IMG/VR virus record: IMGVR_UViG_3300025503_000164
Span: 1 to 34,413 of that record
Direction: 5' to 3' (one strand)
Length of the DNA stretch: 34,413 nt
DNA from: a virus
Taxonomy: Duplodnaviria; Caudoviricetes
A program made the translations under genes and the position numbers. The notes under the pieces are model-generated. The model worked only from the letters and a program-made list of their open reading frames with translations. It did not search any database and had not been told where the DNA came from. Of the stretch, positions 34,117 to 34,413 are shown one piece after another (positions within the stretch are counted from its first letter, which is position 1; the number at the start of each line of letters is the position of its first letter).

Positions 34117-34413
34117 CTGAACGGCGAGACCTTCAAGCTCGGTGTCCTGATCTCGGTGGTCGACGGCTTCTCGACCATGCTCGGCGACTACATGAAGAAG
34201 ATGCAGCAGGCGGCGGGGGCCACCGATAACCTCCAGAAGCGCGTCAAGATGTTCGCCGCCGCGTTCGCCGTCGGTGCCGCGATCACTGGTGTGGGTGCGG
34301 CCGGCGCCGATGCGCTCCTGCACATGGCGAAGGCAGCCGGGCAACTGCAAATGAGCATGAAGGGTGTCCAGGACACCATGAAGTGTAATCCGCAAAAGTC
34401 GTGGGCCGCGTAG
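34117..34413 (+). pseudogene. tape measure protein N-terminus, terminating prematurely
   Basis: Reads (M)NGETFKLGVLISVVDGFS... from CTG 34117 with GGAG SD, then Ala/Gly-rich helices. Sequence style changes abruptly at ~34384 and a TAG follows at 34411-34413. Confidence 0.7.

Larger units (their letters stand above)
940..34413. mobile_element. temperate prophage with contractile tail (myovirus morphology), continues beyond the right edge
   Basis: Contains repressor, serine recombinase, replication, terminase, portal, capsid, sheath, tube, tail chaperone and tape measure genes. Confidence 0.93.

Overview
This window (about 69% GC by eye, strong GGAGG Shine-Dalgarno (SD) motifs, a sporulation-type sigma factor) probably comes from a high-GC Bacillota host; the host call is inference. 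Nearly all of it is the left ~33.5 kb of a temperate myovirus-type prophage. The prophage appears to be inserted at ~940 into a Flp-like pilin gene of a host Tad pilus operon (1-937). Gene order: (1) leftward recombination/replication operon (exonuclease, Bet, SSB, replisome organiser, DnaC-like loader, RusA); (2) XRE repressor, ImmA-like protein with HQxxH, and an internal large serine recombinase; (3) iteron-like 11-bp repeats; (4) a candidate DNA-modification operon (HNH, QueC-like, ParB-N, ABC-ATPase joined to a GNAT by a predicted -1 frameshift); (5) a leftward 5.5-kb island of small-gene cassettes and a DUF932 gene, separated by five paralogous, highly structured non-coding elements; (6) sigma factor, terminase, portal-MuF fusion, protease-scaffold-capsid polyprotein, neck, sheath, tube, frameshifted tail chaperone, and a tape measure gene that stops early at the window end. 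The most unusual signal is in the island: one element carries a perfect 28-bp/33-bp/28-bp repeat-spacer-repeat with type I-E Cas1-Cas2 integration geometry, among many type I-E-repeat-like hairpins, and no cas operon is present in the window. All family calls come from motif recognition by eye; no searches were run.
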